Positions 35,261-43,191 of a DNA stretch of 64,000 nucleotides are shown here, piece after piece (position 1 is the stretch's first letter; each line of letters begins with the position of its first letter). The DNA is from a virus (lineage: Duplodnaviria; Caudoviricetes), in the IMG/VR virus record IMGVR_UViG_3300004481_000017, positions 3,924 through 67,923 of that record. One strand, written 5' to 3'. The notes under the pieces were generated by a model, which had not been told where the DNA came from, did no database searches, and was given only the letters and a program-made list of their open reading frames with translations. Both the position numbers and the translations under genes were made by a program.

Positions 35261-35474
35261 GATGCTCTCCCTCGCGAGTGCAGTCCGGGCAGACGGTTCG
35301 ATGGTCCCCGGTCATCATTGCCCAGAAGTCCACCGTGAACGACCACCCGTCCTTTTCCGCCTGCTCGCAGACGGACAGCTCCGGTGCGGCAGGCGACGTG
35401 ATTGTGTACGGCGCGGACTCCGCGCCGCACCGGCAGCACGTGACCCGGAGTGTCTTGCCCTTACGTCTAGCCAT
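35253..35474 (-). CDS. Small Zn-finger protein
   Basis: CCRC...GW...CPDC; SD GGAGGAG. Confidence 0.7.
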   Translation of the reverse strand: MARRKGKTLRVTCCRCGAESAPYTITSPAAPELSVCEQAEKDGWSFTVDFWAMMTGDHRTVCPDCTREGEHHA

Positions 35475-35835
35475 GGTGCTCCTCCAGCCAGGCCAACGCG
35501 GCCCGCATGACGTCGGCGTCGTAGCCGCTCCAGCTCCACGACTTTCCGACGAATCCCCACACCGAGTCGACGGTGTGCCACTCGCCGCAGAACCCGCAGC
35601 GGGCCTGCCCGACGATGCCCCACGCGCCCTCACGTTCCAGCATCGCAGCGGCCTGACGCTTGCAACACGGATCGTAGTCCTCGACCGTGAAGTCGTCGTC
35701 AGGCTCGACCACGATGCGCACGAGCCCACGGGCCTCGGCAGCGCTCCAGCGCTCACGCACGAGCGCCATGCTCCACGCCTGCCGGGCGGGCCAGCCATCG
35801 GCTCGGGCGCGCCGGTAGTAGTCGCGTCGGTTCAC
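35467..35835 (-). CDS. Conserved phage hypothetical protein
   Basis: GTG after GGAGGT; DSVWGFVG..SGY motif. Confidence 0.7.
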   Translation of the reverse strand: MNRRDYYRRARADGWPARQAWSMALVRERWSAAEARGLVRIVVEPDDDFTVEDYDPCCKRQAAAMLEREGAWGIVGQARCGFCGEWHTVDSVWGFVGKSWSWSGYDADVMRAALAWLEEHHG

Positions 35836-36587
35836 TTGGCACCTCCTTCGATGTCCTCGGGCTTCACGAGCGGCTCGCTCGTGCGGAAGAACGCATCGCG
35901 CTCCTGGCGCTCCAGCTCCCTGGGCAGCGCCCTGAGCGCAGCGGCCACGGCTTCTGGCGCGATGGTCGACCCGTCGTGCATCTTGGGCACGTTTTGCGGT
36001 GCGTTCTGCACCTCGGCCGCGACCGTCTTGGCCTGCACGAAGCACTCCGTGTGATACTCGGCTTCGAGCGCTGCGAGCCGCTGCTTGTACCTGCACACCT
36101 TGTCGGCGCGCTCGCGCGCGTCCGCCGCCCAGTGGCCGGCGAGTTGGCACGCTACGTTAGCGGCCGACTCGGCCACCGTCCGCGAGCGCCAGGCAGCCAG
36201 GCCCATTTGGAAGGCGTGGACCAAGGCCGCCTCGATGTTCGCGGCTCCAGCCGCAGCCATGAACGCGTCTCGGTCGGTCACGACGTCGGCCGCCCGCTTG
36301 GCAGTCAGCCGCACCTCGAAGCTGGCGGCGAGCGTGTAGCGGCGCAGCTCTTCGCTCCAGCGCGACATGCCCGAGAACGCGGCGCGCTCGACCGACAGCG
36401 GGCCGGCGCAAAGCGCCTTGGCGGTCTTGTCGGTCGCGTCGGCCACGAACCCGGCGGCGCGCTGGGCGTTGTCCTCGCCGGGGTCGGCCTCGACCGACAC
36501 GTACAGCAGAGCGTGGTACGTGTCGCGCTTGAGCCGTCGCGTTTGCGTGCGCAGCTCGCTGGTCCACTTGGTCGTGATTTCGTTCAT
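35832..36587 (-). CDS. Hypothetical Ala-rich helical protein (251 aa)
   Basis: SD GGAGG. Confidence 0.7.
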   Translation of the reverse strand: MNEITTKWTSELRTQTRRLKRDTYHALLYVSVEADPGEDNAQRAAGFVADATDKTAKALCAGPLSVERAAFSGMSRWSEELRRYTLAASFEVRLTAKRAADVVTDRDAFMAAAGAANIEAALVHAFQMGLAAWRSRTVAESAANVACQLAGHWAADARERADKVCRYKQRLAALEAEYHTECFVQAKTVAAEVQNAPQNVPKMHDGSTIAPEAVAAALRALPRELERQERDAFFRTSEPLVKPEDIEGGAK

Positions 36588-36608
36588 GTCGTCCTCCGAT
36601 GGTTGCCA

Positions 36609-36628
36609 GCTTGTGGCAACCCGGCTGC
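36609..36628 (-). repeat. 20-bp junction motif, copy 2
   Basis: GCAGCCGGGTTGCCACAAGC directly after the TGA; 21 nt before ATG 36587. Confidence 0.8.
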
Positions 36629-36913
36629 TCAGTCGGCGCCGCTCAGGTTGGGCACGCAGTCGGAGTCGTCCGCGCAGTGCTCGGCCAACTCCTGCAACTC
36701 GTCGAGCACCGTGCGCAGGCGCGCTACGCGCGCCTCGTGCTCAGCCCTGGCTGCTCGCCACGCATCGTCTCCGAGCGGGTAGTAGTCCCGTTGGTTGGGC
36801 GCAGCCTCGCCGAGCTTGCGCAGGGCGTCCATCACGGCCCCGCCAGCGTTGCAGTACAGGTCGACGAGCCGCGAGCGGCCCGTGCCGTTGATGTGGACGA
36901 ATGGCGTTTGCAT
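36629..36913 (-). CDS. Conserved phage hypothetical protein
   Basis: P.VHINGT...PNQRDYYP motif; SD GAGGAG. Confidence 0.75.
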   Translation of the reverse strand: MQTPFVHINGTGRSRLVDLYCNAGGAVMDALRKLGEAAPNQRDYYPLGDDAWRAARAEHEARVARLRTVLDELQELAEHCADDSDCVPNLSGAD

Positions 36914-36914
36914 G

Positions 36915-37241
36915 TCACTCCTCGAACACGCCGCTGGCCCGCTGCCCGAGCGGCGTCGTGATGTGGAAGTCGCAGCCGTACCAAAGCCAGGGCTTCCGCA
37001 GCCGTTGCCGGAAGGCCGCGAGCGCCTTGCCCACGGCGTCCCCGGAGCCGTCGTAATAGGCGACCACGGTGCGAGTCCGCCGGTCGGGCATGGTCGCGCT
37101 CATGCGCGCGACGCAAGGCCACGGCTCGGCGGACACACGTGCGCACGACGCGCATGCGTCCGGTGCGTCGGGCTCGCCGTTGCCGTCCCGCCCGAGCGCG
37201 ACGACGCTGGCCGTCTTACGTCCGCAGATGTCGCAGTGCAT
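36915..37241 (-). CDS. Hypothetical Zn-binding protein
   Basis: CDIC..CASC; SD GGAGG. Confidence 0.55.
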   Translation of the reverse strand: MHCDICGRKTASVVALGRDGNGEPDAPDACASCARVSAEPWPCVARMSATMPDRRTRTVVAYYDGSGDAVGKALAAFRQRLRKPWLWYGCDFHITTPLGQRASGVFEE

Positions 37242-37367
37242 GGTCCCTCCAGAGCGCACCTCGGCGCCAGCGTGCGCCCACGAGCCGGGGGGAAGCTCCC
37301 AACCCGTGGGCGCACGGCGGCGTCGAGCACCACCGGCAACACGCAGGCGCGTGTTGCGTGCGTGTTG

Positions 37368-38276
37368 CTAGGCTGCCTCGTCGTCGAGCCGGAACTTGCG
37401 CCGGGGGGCGTCGGCCGTGACCAGCGTGGCGGCAGCTTCCTTGATCTGGCCGAGCTGGTTCGCGGCCCACTTGCGCAGGCTCGCATCCTCGCGCAGGTCG
37501 TCGGCGTTGGTGCCTTCGAGCAGGGTGCGCGCCTTGCCAACCAGATCGGCCAGCTCGTTGTCCTCCGAGATGTTCTTGGCGTCAAAGAGCGAGATCCACT
37601 CCTTGAGGCTTTCCACCCGTGAGTCTCGGAAAATCTTGGGCTTGCCGCCATCACGCTCGCCGTCGAGCCGCTCGCGGAGCGACTCAATCAACGCTGCGAA
37701 CGCCTGGCGCATGCTGGAACGCCACTCCGCGGCAGTGTCCTGCATTTCGGACTTGAAAACCTCGCGCTGCTTGTCGAGCAAGGCGGTGGAGATTGCGCCC
37801 AGCGCAGCGGGCTCCCCGATCTGCTCGAAGTTAGCGCGCACCTTCCAGGCTTCGACGAACTTCTCGCGCGAGGGATAGTCCGCTCGGTCGAACATCGGGC
37901 CGAGCCGCTTTGCGTCGTCGGCGATGATGTTGGGCAGATCGTCGGCCAGGTCGAGCACCATGCGCTCGCGCACGGGCTTCCACGACTCGATGATGTCGAT
38001 GGCCCGCTCCACGACGCCAAGGGGCATGAAGATGCACCCTTCCGCGTAGGCGAAACCCAGCGACTTGAGCCGAGCGCGGCACTTGCCGTCGCCCTTCACG
38101 ATGTCTTTGGCCGCCTTGGACTCCAAGAGCTTCTTGGTTACGCGCACCGCCTGCTCGGGCACGGCGGCGCCGTCCTTGCAAGCCGTGACCTGGACCTGTG
38201 CGCCGTCCACCTCGCGAGTCGTGCCGAAGCACGAAAATCCGAAGCGCAGAAACGCGCCCTTGTCGATTGCTGACAT
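37368..38276 (-). CDS. DUF3150-like protein (302 aa)
   Basis: VTKKLL, LG.MFDRADYPS, LRERL.G..KIFRDS..ESL pattern; last gene of the AAA module. Confidence 0.65.
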   Translation of the reverse strand: MSAIDKGAFLRFGFSCFGTTREVDGAQVQVTACKDGAAVPEQAVRVTKKLLESKAAKDIVKGDGKCRARLKSLGFAYAEGCIFMPLGVVERAIDIIESWKPVRERMVLDLADDLPNIIADDAKRLGPMFDRADYPSREKFVEAWKVRANFEQIGEPAALGAISTALLDKQREVFKSEMQDTAAEWRSSMRQAFAALIESLRERLDGERDGGKPKIFRDSRVESLKEWISLFDAKNISEDNELADLVGKARTLLEGTNADDLREDASLRKWAANQLGQIKEAAATLVTADAPRRKFRLDDEAA

Positions 38277-38324
38277 GATTGCTTCCCCTTCCCGCGGCCC
38301 GTCGTGGGCCGCTGAAACTTGTTC

Positions 38325-38344
38325 GCTCGTGGCGACCCGGCTGC
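38325..38344 (-). repeat. 20-bp junction motif, copy 3
   Basis: GCAGCCGGGTCGCCACGAGC; 9 nt after stop 38354 and 48 nt before ATG 38276. Confidence 0.75.
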
Positions 38345-38353
38345 GCCGGGCGC

Positions 38354-38584
38354 CTACTTCGCGCCCGCTTTCGCGTGGTCGTGCTCATGCGCGTGGGCGT
38401 GCGCATGCGCGTGCGTGTGCCCGACGTGCGAGCGCTCTTCGACGGCAACGCCCAGCTCGCCGAGCAGGGCAGCCATGAAGCCTTCCGCCGTGGCGTGCGT
38501 CGCGCCCGCGAAAGAGCCCGTTTCGATGCGGATTCTGCCGTCCGGCAGGATCACGATCTCCAGGGTGTTGACCGGCTGCGCCAT
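38354..38584 (-). CDS. DUF2997-like protein with His-rich tail
   Basis: LEIVILPDGRIRIETGSFAG..H..A..F...LG; GHTHAHAHAHAHEHDH. Confidence 0.7.
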   Translation of the reverse strand: MAQPVNTLEIVILPDGRIRIETGSFAGATHATAEGFMAALLGELGVAVEERSHVGHTHAHAHAHAHEHDHAKAGAK

Positions 38585-38586
38585 TG

Positions 38587-38946
38587 CTACCTCCCAAGGA
38601 CGATGCGACGAGCACCGCCCAGTAGTTGCTCCGCTCCCTTGACCTGGAAGCCGAAACGAGCCGACACGTCAGCCACGGTGCGCGCCGCATAAGCGCGCTT
38701 CACGCTGGCCAGCACCGACTCCGCAGTCTCGGTCCCGTAACCCGTGGTCACGCTGGCGCCTTGAGCGCTCACGCGGACAGACACGCCGTTGCGGCTCGCG
38801 GTAATGACGCGCGAGTCGAGCGTGGCCGTGGCCTCGCCCGTGATCGTCACAGTCCACCCGTCGTCGCGCATGGCCGCCGCGAGCCGGCCGCGGTTGACCG
38901 CTACCAGCTCGGGGGCCGTCGTGCGGATTCTCGTGTCGCAGGGCAT
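38587..38946 (-). CDS. DUF1257/Ycf35-like protein
   Basis: L..AM...GW..., VKRAYA..TV....RFGF.V...RIVL; lies between the AAA and DUF2997-like genes. Confidence 0.6.
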   Translation of the reverse strand: MPCDTRIRTTAPELVAVNRGRLAAAMRDDGWTVTITGEATATLDSRVITASRNGVSVRVSAQGASVTTGYGTETAESVLASVKRAYAARTVADVSARFGFQVKGAEQLLGGARRIVLGR

Positions 38947-38947
38947 G

Positions 38948-40501
38948 TTACTCTCCCGCTTTGATGCGTCGGCCGCCCGCCGCGACGACGGGCGCCGTCT
39001 CGGTGGACTCGTCCTGCGTGCCGCGGTAGAGCCCGGCGTAGCTCGTGGACAAGTACGCGCCGCGCGCTTGCGCCCGCAGATCCGCGAGCCGGCCCGCGAA
39101 CGATGCAGACGCCGGGGCATAGACCGCCATGACGGCAGCAACCGAGACGCCGTGTTGCTTCGCGCGTCGGCACACGTTGCGCACGTCCGCGCCCGCGTAC
39201 CCGCGATCCGCCTTGGGGTTGGGCACCGAGTCGCCGAGCCCGTACTTGCCAATGTAGAGCGCCCACAGCGCGGCGCGCTCGTCTGGCCCTGGGAGATCCG
39301 CGTACCAGATCCCGTCAGTGAAGCGCCGCAGCAGCTCACCAGGAACCTGCCCGAGCCCGTTCGACGTCGCGATCCAGTAGCAGCGCCCAGCGAGCGCGCG
39401 GATCGTCGACATGGCCGTCGCGGCGTTGCCTTCAGTCTCGCCCACAATGCCGCCCTTGAGATTCTGTGGCATGAATTGGATCACGGGGATAGAGCCCGCT
39501 CCACCGAGGGCACGTGCCATCAGCGACTTGCCCGTCCCCGGAGCGCCGACGAACACAAGCCCCTCGGATTCGGACGACTCCATTTCATCGAGCATGCCGG
39601 CCAGGATCGACTGGCTCGTGCCGCTGCTATCAGCAACGGCGCCAGACGAGCCCGCTAGCACCTTCTCGATTTCATCGATCCAGATGATCGCGTCGGGGCG
39701 GAAGTCGCCCGACATGACCAGGCGAATGTGATCTTTGGCGGAAGCGTGCCCGGCCACCGCGTCGAGCGGCGTACCGTCACCGCCGTCGCTTTCGACGCGC
39801 AGCCCCTTGACGCGGCCCACCGCGTCGCGCCAGGTCTTGCGCATGACGTCGAGCTGCAAACCGTCCTTGGCGGTTGCCAGGCTCGTGACCTGCTCGGCTG
39901 CGAACCGGGCGAGCCCGCGCGTGTACGTCGCGGCTCGCGCCAGGGTGGCGTCGTCCACCTTAAGATTCGCGCTTTCGGCGAGGGCGACGATAGTCGCTCG
40001 CCGCTCCTGCTCGTCGGGCAGCGGATCGTCAATCACGTGGACGTCATTGCCCAGCTCTGCGGCAGGCGCCCAGCTCGGCCCGAGCGCGACAAGCTGCCGG
40101 CCTGAGTCGGCAAAGACGTCCCGCAGCCACAAGGCAGCAAGCGCCGGCTTGGGCTCAGCGAGCGCCCGGTTGCCCGCGGCGAGCACCACAAGCGTGTCCG
40201 CAGGCACCGCTTGCGACCGCTGCAAGGCAGTAACCGGGTCGGTGCAGATGGACGGGTCCATCTGCTTACGCTGGGGGGGGCCGCCATACTGCTCGTCCGG
40301 TACTTCGACCGTGAGCATGGCCGCCACCGCTTCCTTGCCGGCCTTGTTCAGGGCCAGCGCGCCACGCACCGGGTCGAGCAGCACCGCAGGGCGGTCGACC
40401 GCCGCCAGCTTGCGGATTACCGCAGGCTGGTCAGGCGTGCGAACCGCTACCAGCGGCACGCCGCGCCGGTGGGCGTGGTCAAGCTCCTTGAGCAGGTCCA
40501 T
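38948..40501 (-). CDS. Ycf46-like AAA+ ATPase with Walker B block placed before Walker A
   Basis: Inactive N-terminal AAA-like domain; IIWIDEIEK (39690-39662) precedes GAPGTGKS (39547-39524); then IATSN, ELLRRF, DLP..ER. Confidence 0.88.
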   Translation of the reverse strand: MDLLKELDHAHRRGVPLVAVRTPDQPAVIRKLAAVDRPAVLLDPVRGALALNKAGKEAVAAMLTVEVPDEQYGGPPQRKQMDPSICTDPVTALQRSQAVPADTLVVLAAGNRALAEPKPALAALWLRDVFADSGRQLVALGPSWAPAAELGNDVHVIDDPLPDEQERRATIVALAESANLKVDDATLARAATYTRGLARFAAEQVTSLATAKDGLQLDVMRKTWRDAVGRVKGLRVESDGGDGTPLDAVAGHASAKDHIRLVMSGDFRPDAIIWIDEIEKVLAGSSGAVADSSGTSQSILAGMLDEMESSESEGLVFVGAPGTGKSLMARALGGAGSIPVIQFMPQNLKGGIVGETEGNAATAMSTIRALAGRCYWIATSNGLGQVPGELLRRFTDGIWYADLPGPDERAALWALYIGKYGLGDSVPNPKADRGYAGADVRNVCRRAKQHGVSVAAVMAVYAPASASFAGRLADLRAQARGAYLSTSYAGLYRGTQDESTETAPVVAAGGRRIKAGE

Positions 40502-40599
40502 GTGCGTTGCTCCCATGCGGCAACCCGATGTTGCCGCGGTCGTGGTGCCTCGCCAGCACGCGAGCGTTGCTCACGCGCTAGCGGCGCATCACGCGCCGG

Positions 40600-40935
40600 T
40601 CAGTCGTCGTCGCACGGCCAGAAGCCGAGCAGGGCGCCGTCCCCAGGGTGGGCGCCAAAGTACGTGCCAGCGGGCGCGTGCTCGCTCAGCAACTCGAAGA
40701 GCGACTCTGCTAGCTCGCACGCGTCGTCGCTTGCCCACCAGTCGCTGCTCTCGTCCTCGGCAGCGTAGCTTGGCAGGGCCGAGAACCCGGCACCGGGGCA
40801 GACACACTGCTGGTAGGCTTCCGGCGCCAGCTCGCGCAAGGCGTCGAGCATGGCCGGGATTGTGTCCTGCCGGCGCATGGTGCCCTCGCTGACCGTTGCC
40901 GCCCCATAGGCGGCTAGCTGGCTCGCGACGCTCAT
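40600..40935 (-). CDS. Conserved phage hypothetical protein
   Basis: GTMR..D.IP.ML..L...AP.GTYFGAHPGDG...GFW motif. Confidence 0.8.
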   Translation of the reverse strand: MSVASQLAAYGAATVSEGTMRRQDTIPAMLDALRELAPEAYQQCVCPGAGFSALPSYAAEDESSDWWASDDACELAESLFELLSEHAPAGTYFGAHPGDGALLGFWPCDDD

Positions 40936-41585
40936 GGCTCCACCATCAGGTCGACCGGCACGGGGCCGGCGCCGAGCGTCTGCCCCGCCTTCCGATACAT
41001 GCGCAGGACGATCTTCTGCTCTGCCGTGGCGTCGTCGCCTGCGTCGCGGATGCGGCGCAAGCTATCCCACAGGGCCGACGTGCCTTGCGCATACTCGCGA
41101 GCAGTCTGGCCCAGCTTGTTTACGATGCGCGAGTCCAGCTCACGGTCCCTCGTTTCCGGGTCGAGCAGCGTTTCGGCGTAGCGGCGCGCTTCAGCACGAA
41201 CGTGCATGAACGCCGGGTGACGTTCGCTCGGTCGGTCGTGCGGGTCACGCACAACGCCACCGCTTAGCTCGAAAAGCGGGGATTTGGCGCCATGGGAGAA
41301 GAGCATTTCGGCGAGGGCCAGCCGATCCCGCTCGACCGTCAGGTCAAGCGGCTCGTCATACCCGCACGAGGAGAGCGCGCTCGCCACCGTCTCGGGCGAA
41401 GCGCCCGCCAAGTCGACGGTCGCAACGCTCGCGACGAAGAGCGCATCCGCGTCGCGCCCACAGTACGCGGGCAGGTCAATTACCTCGACGAACACATACG
41501 TGCTCCCCGAGGCGCGCACGTAGAGCCACTGATCGGACCCGCCATCGGCGAGCACCGTCCAGTGGCGAGCGTACTTCCCTCGCAT
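40932..41585 (-). CDS. Hypothetical protein, first gene of the leftward cluster
   Basis: ATG 41585 after GGAGGGAAG. Confidence 0.75.
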   Translation of the reverse strand: MRGKYARHWTVLADGGSDQWLYVRASGSTYVFVEVIDLPAYCGRDADALFVASVATVDLAGASPETVASALSSCGYDEPLDLTVERDRLALAEMLFSHGAKSPLFELSGGVVRDPHDRPSERHPAFMHVRAEARRYAETLLDPETRDRELDSRIVNKLGQTAREYAQGTSALWDSLRRIRDAGDDATAEQKIVLRMYRKAGQTLGAGPVPVDLMVEP

Positions 41586-41740
41586 GTTGCTTCCCTCCGT
41601 TGCCCCGTCGTGGGGCGCAGCATGCCCGCGAGTCGTGCTCACGAGCATGCGGCGCGCCGCGCCGTTGCCGGAAAACCGACTCCCGCACCGCCGGCACGGC
41701 GTGGGCTCGGACCGTCTAGGGCCAATCCATCGGAACCTCC

Positions 41741-41823
41741 GGTCGCATCGCCAGGGATCGAACCTGTACGCCGGCCACCCGAGCGGGCGGGACTTCCGCG
41801 TCCCCTTTTCGCCAGCCGATGCG
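41741..41823 (-). ncRNA. tRNA-like element or pseudo-tRNA (class II scaffold, no canonical anticodon arm)
   Basis: 7-bp acceptor CGCATCG/CGATGCG; T-arm CAGG-TTCGATC-CCTG; D-arm TGGCG-AAAAGGGGA-CGC; ends ACC(G). Confidence 0.55.
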
Positions 41824-41968
41824 ATTCGCGGCTCGGTAGGGTGCCGGCCGCGCTGTACCTGTTAGCTCGCTCCGTTCTGCGCTTGCGCGCCGTTGTGCCC
41901 GTGGCGCTCTATGCTGCCGCGGTATTGCTGCCCGCCGACTTTCGTCGCCGTGCTTACGAACGCTGCTA

Positions 41969-41988
41969 TCCGGTGGCGACCCGGTTGC
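41969..41988 (-). repeat. 20-bp motif, degenerate copy (15/20)
   Basis: GCAACCGGGTCGCCACCGGA. Confidence 0.55.
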
Positions 41989-42022
41989 CCGAGCCCTCCG
42001 TTTGCGTTCACACCCGCTGCTG

Positions 42023-42042
42023 GCTTGTGGCAACCCGGATGC
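42023..42042 (-). repeat. 20-bp motif, copy 4
   Basis: GCATCCGGGTTGCCACAAGC. Confidence 0.8.
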
Positions 42043-42054
42043 GAACCGCGGTGC

Positions 42055-42116
42055 TCGTGACGATAACGTGTAGGACATGCCCCTACACGTGACGGTAAGT
42101 GCTCTTATCGTCACGA
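42055..42116. repeat. Nested perfect inverted repeats
   Basis: TCGTGACGATAA 42055-66 / TTATCGTCACGA 42105-16; ACGTGTAGG 42066-74 / CCTACACGT 42082-90. Confidence 0.8.
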
Positions 42117-42300
42117 CGTGCGGCTATGCCTGGTCCTGCTCATGGTCGAGCATGCCTGGCCACGGCTGGCCGTTCCTGCCCCCTGGCTGCCCCGTGGCGC
42201 GTCTTTGCCGTGCCATGGGGCAGAGCCGGCCGATCTGGACGCTGGCGCGGTGCCAGCGCTCGCGAGCGCGGTGCATTGCGCGCCGTGGTACGATGCGCGC

Positions 42301-43182
42301 ATGTCGGCACGATGCGCAGCGGTGCGCAACGCGGATCTCGCAGACGCGCTGGAGCACGCAAGCGATTACCACGACCGAGAGCTGCGGATAGAGGACTTCG
42401 ACGTCTCGCAGCCCGAGCAGATCGCCATCCGCTCGATCCCTGATGATCTCTCGTCGTGGACAGAATGGCGCCCAGGCGAGCTGCTCCGCGACTTCGACGA
42501 CGAAGAGCGCTTCGTCGAGCTGGATAGCTTCCGCGGTCGTCCGTGGGCCGAGCGAGCGTCGAGCTGGACGCCTTCGACCATGCCGCCCATCGTCTTGGTC
42601 GAGACGAGCGACTACGAAGGCGTCGCCGACGGGCGAGGCCGCGTCTCCTACGCCATCGGCATGGGCTGGCCGACCGTCCCAGCCGTGCGGATGGTCGAGC
42701 GCAAGCGAGCGGCCTACAACAGGAACGCTAGGGATCTGGTAGTCAGAGCGGCACGGAAGGCGAAGGTGTCCGCGACGAGCAAGCTCGTCGCCTTCGGGAT
42801 TGCGGACCGCTACACCGTCAAGGTCAGGCCGATCGGCGTGACGAACGCCATCGGACAGTACCGCTCGTTCTCGCAGTTCCAATCCGGACCCATCTTCTGG
42901 ATCAGCGATCGTCTCGACGAGCAACGCGTAGCCGAAGGGGTGAGAGCCCCACTCGAACAGATCATCGAGGACACCATCCTGCATGAGTACGGGCACGTCG
43001 TATGGGAGTTTGCTCGCATCCGAGCCGACCAGCTCATGCAGATGATCCTCGACATCGAGGACAACGAAGAAGAGTTCGCCGAGACGTTCGCTGTCGCAGT
43101 CCGCAGGGGAGCGGCGTCACCCGTTTACAGATTGATCGCTGCCGCCTACCAACGTGTCCTACTCGGCGACCAACACGCTTGA
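42301..43182 (+). CDS. ParB/Srx-like domain fused to a zincin (HExxH) domain
   Basis: MPPIVLV...VADGRGRV..A..MG...VPA; TILHEYGHVV...EEEFAETF. Confidence 0.7.
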   Translation: MSARCAAVRNADLADALEHASDYHDRELRIEDFDVSQPEQIAIRSIPDDLSSWTEWRPGELLRDFDDEERFVELDSFRGRPWAERASSWTPSTMPPIVLVETSDYEGVADGRGRVSYAIGMGWPTVPAVRMVERKRAAYNRNARDLVVRAARKAKVSATSKLVAFGIADRYTVKVRPIGVTNAIGQYRSFSQFQSGPIFWISDRLDEQRVAEGVRAPLEQIIEDTILHEYGHVVWEFARIRADQLMQMILDIEDNEEEFAETFAVAVRRGAASPVYRLIAAAYQRVLLGDQHA

Positions 43183-43191
43183 GACAAGACG

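Larger units (their letters stand above)
41879..42042 (-). ncRNA. Candidate structured RNA with four GNRA-capped hairpins
   Basis: GCGC-GCAA-GCGC, GCA-GCAA-TAC, CGAC-GAAA-GTCG and GTTC-GTAA-GCAC, all on the minus strand. Confidence 0.45.

Noticed and set aside
37336-37368. GCAACACGC hairpin as an intrinsic terminator
   Set aside because: The stem is real, but there is no U-tract on the coding strand, so its function is unsupported.
41741-41823. Functional canonical tRNA or tmRNA
   Set aside because: No U33/purine-37 anticodon loop, extra nucleotides before U8, and no G3.U70 or tag ORF. Kept only as tRNA-like.
42055-42116. Xer dif site
   Set aside because: The ATAA...TTAT arms are 38 nt apart rather than 6, and do not match the dif consensus.
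42118-42300. N-terminal 61 aa of the 354-aa ORF
   Set aside because: Low-complexity Ala/Pro sequence in the regulatory gap. ATG 42301 is preferred, although it lacks a clear SD.
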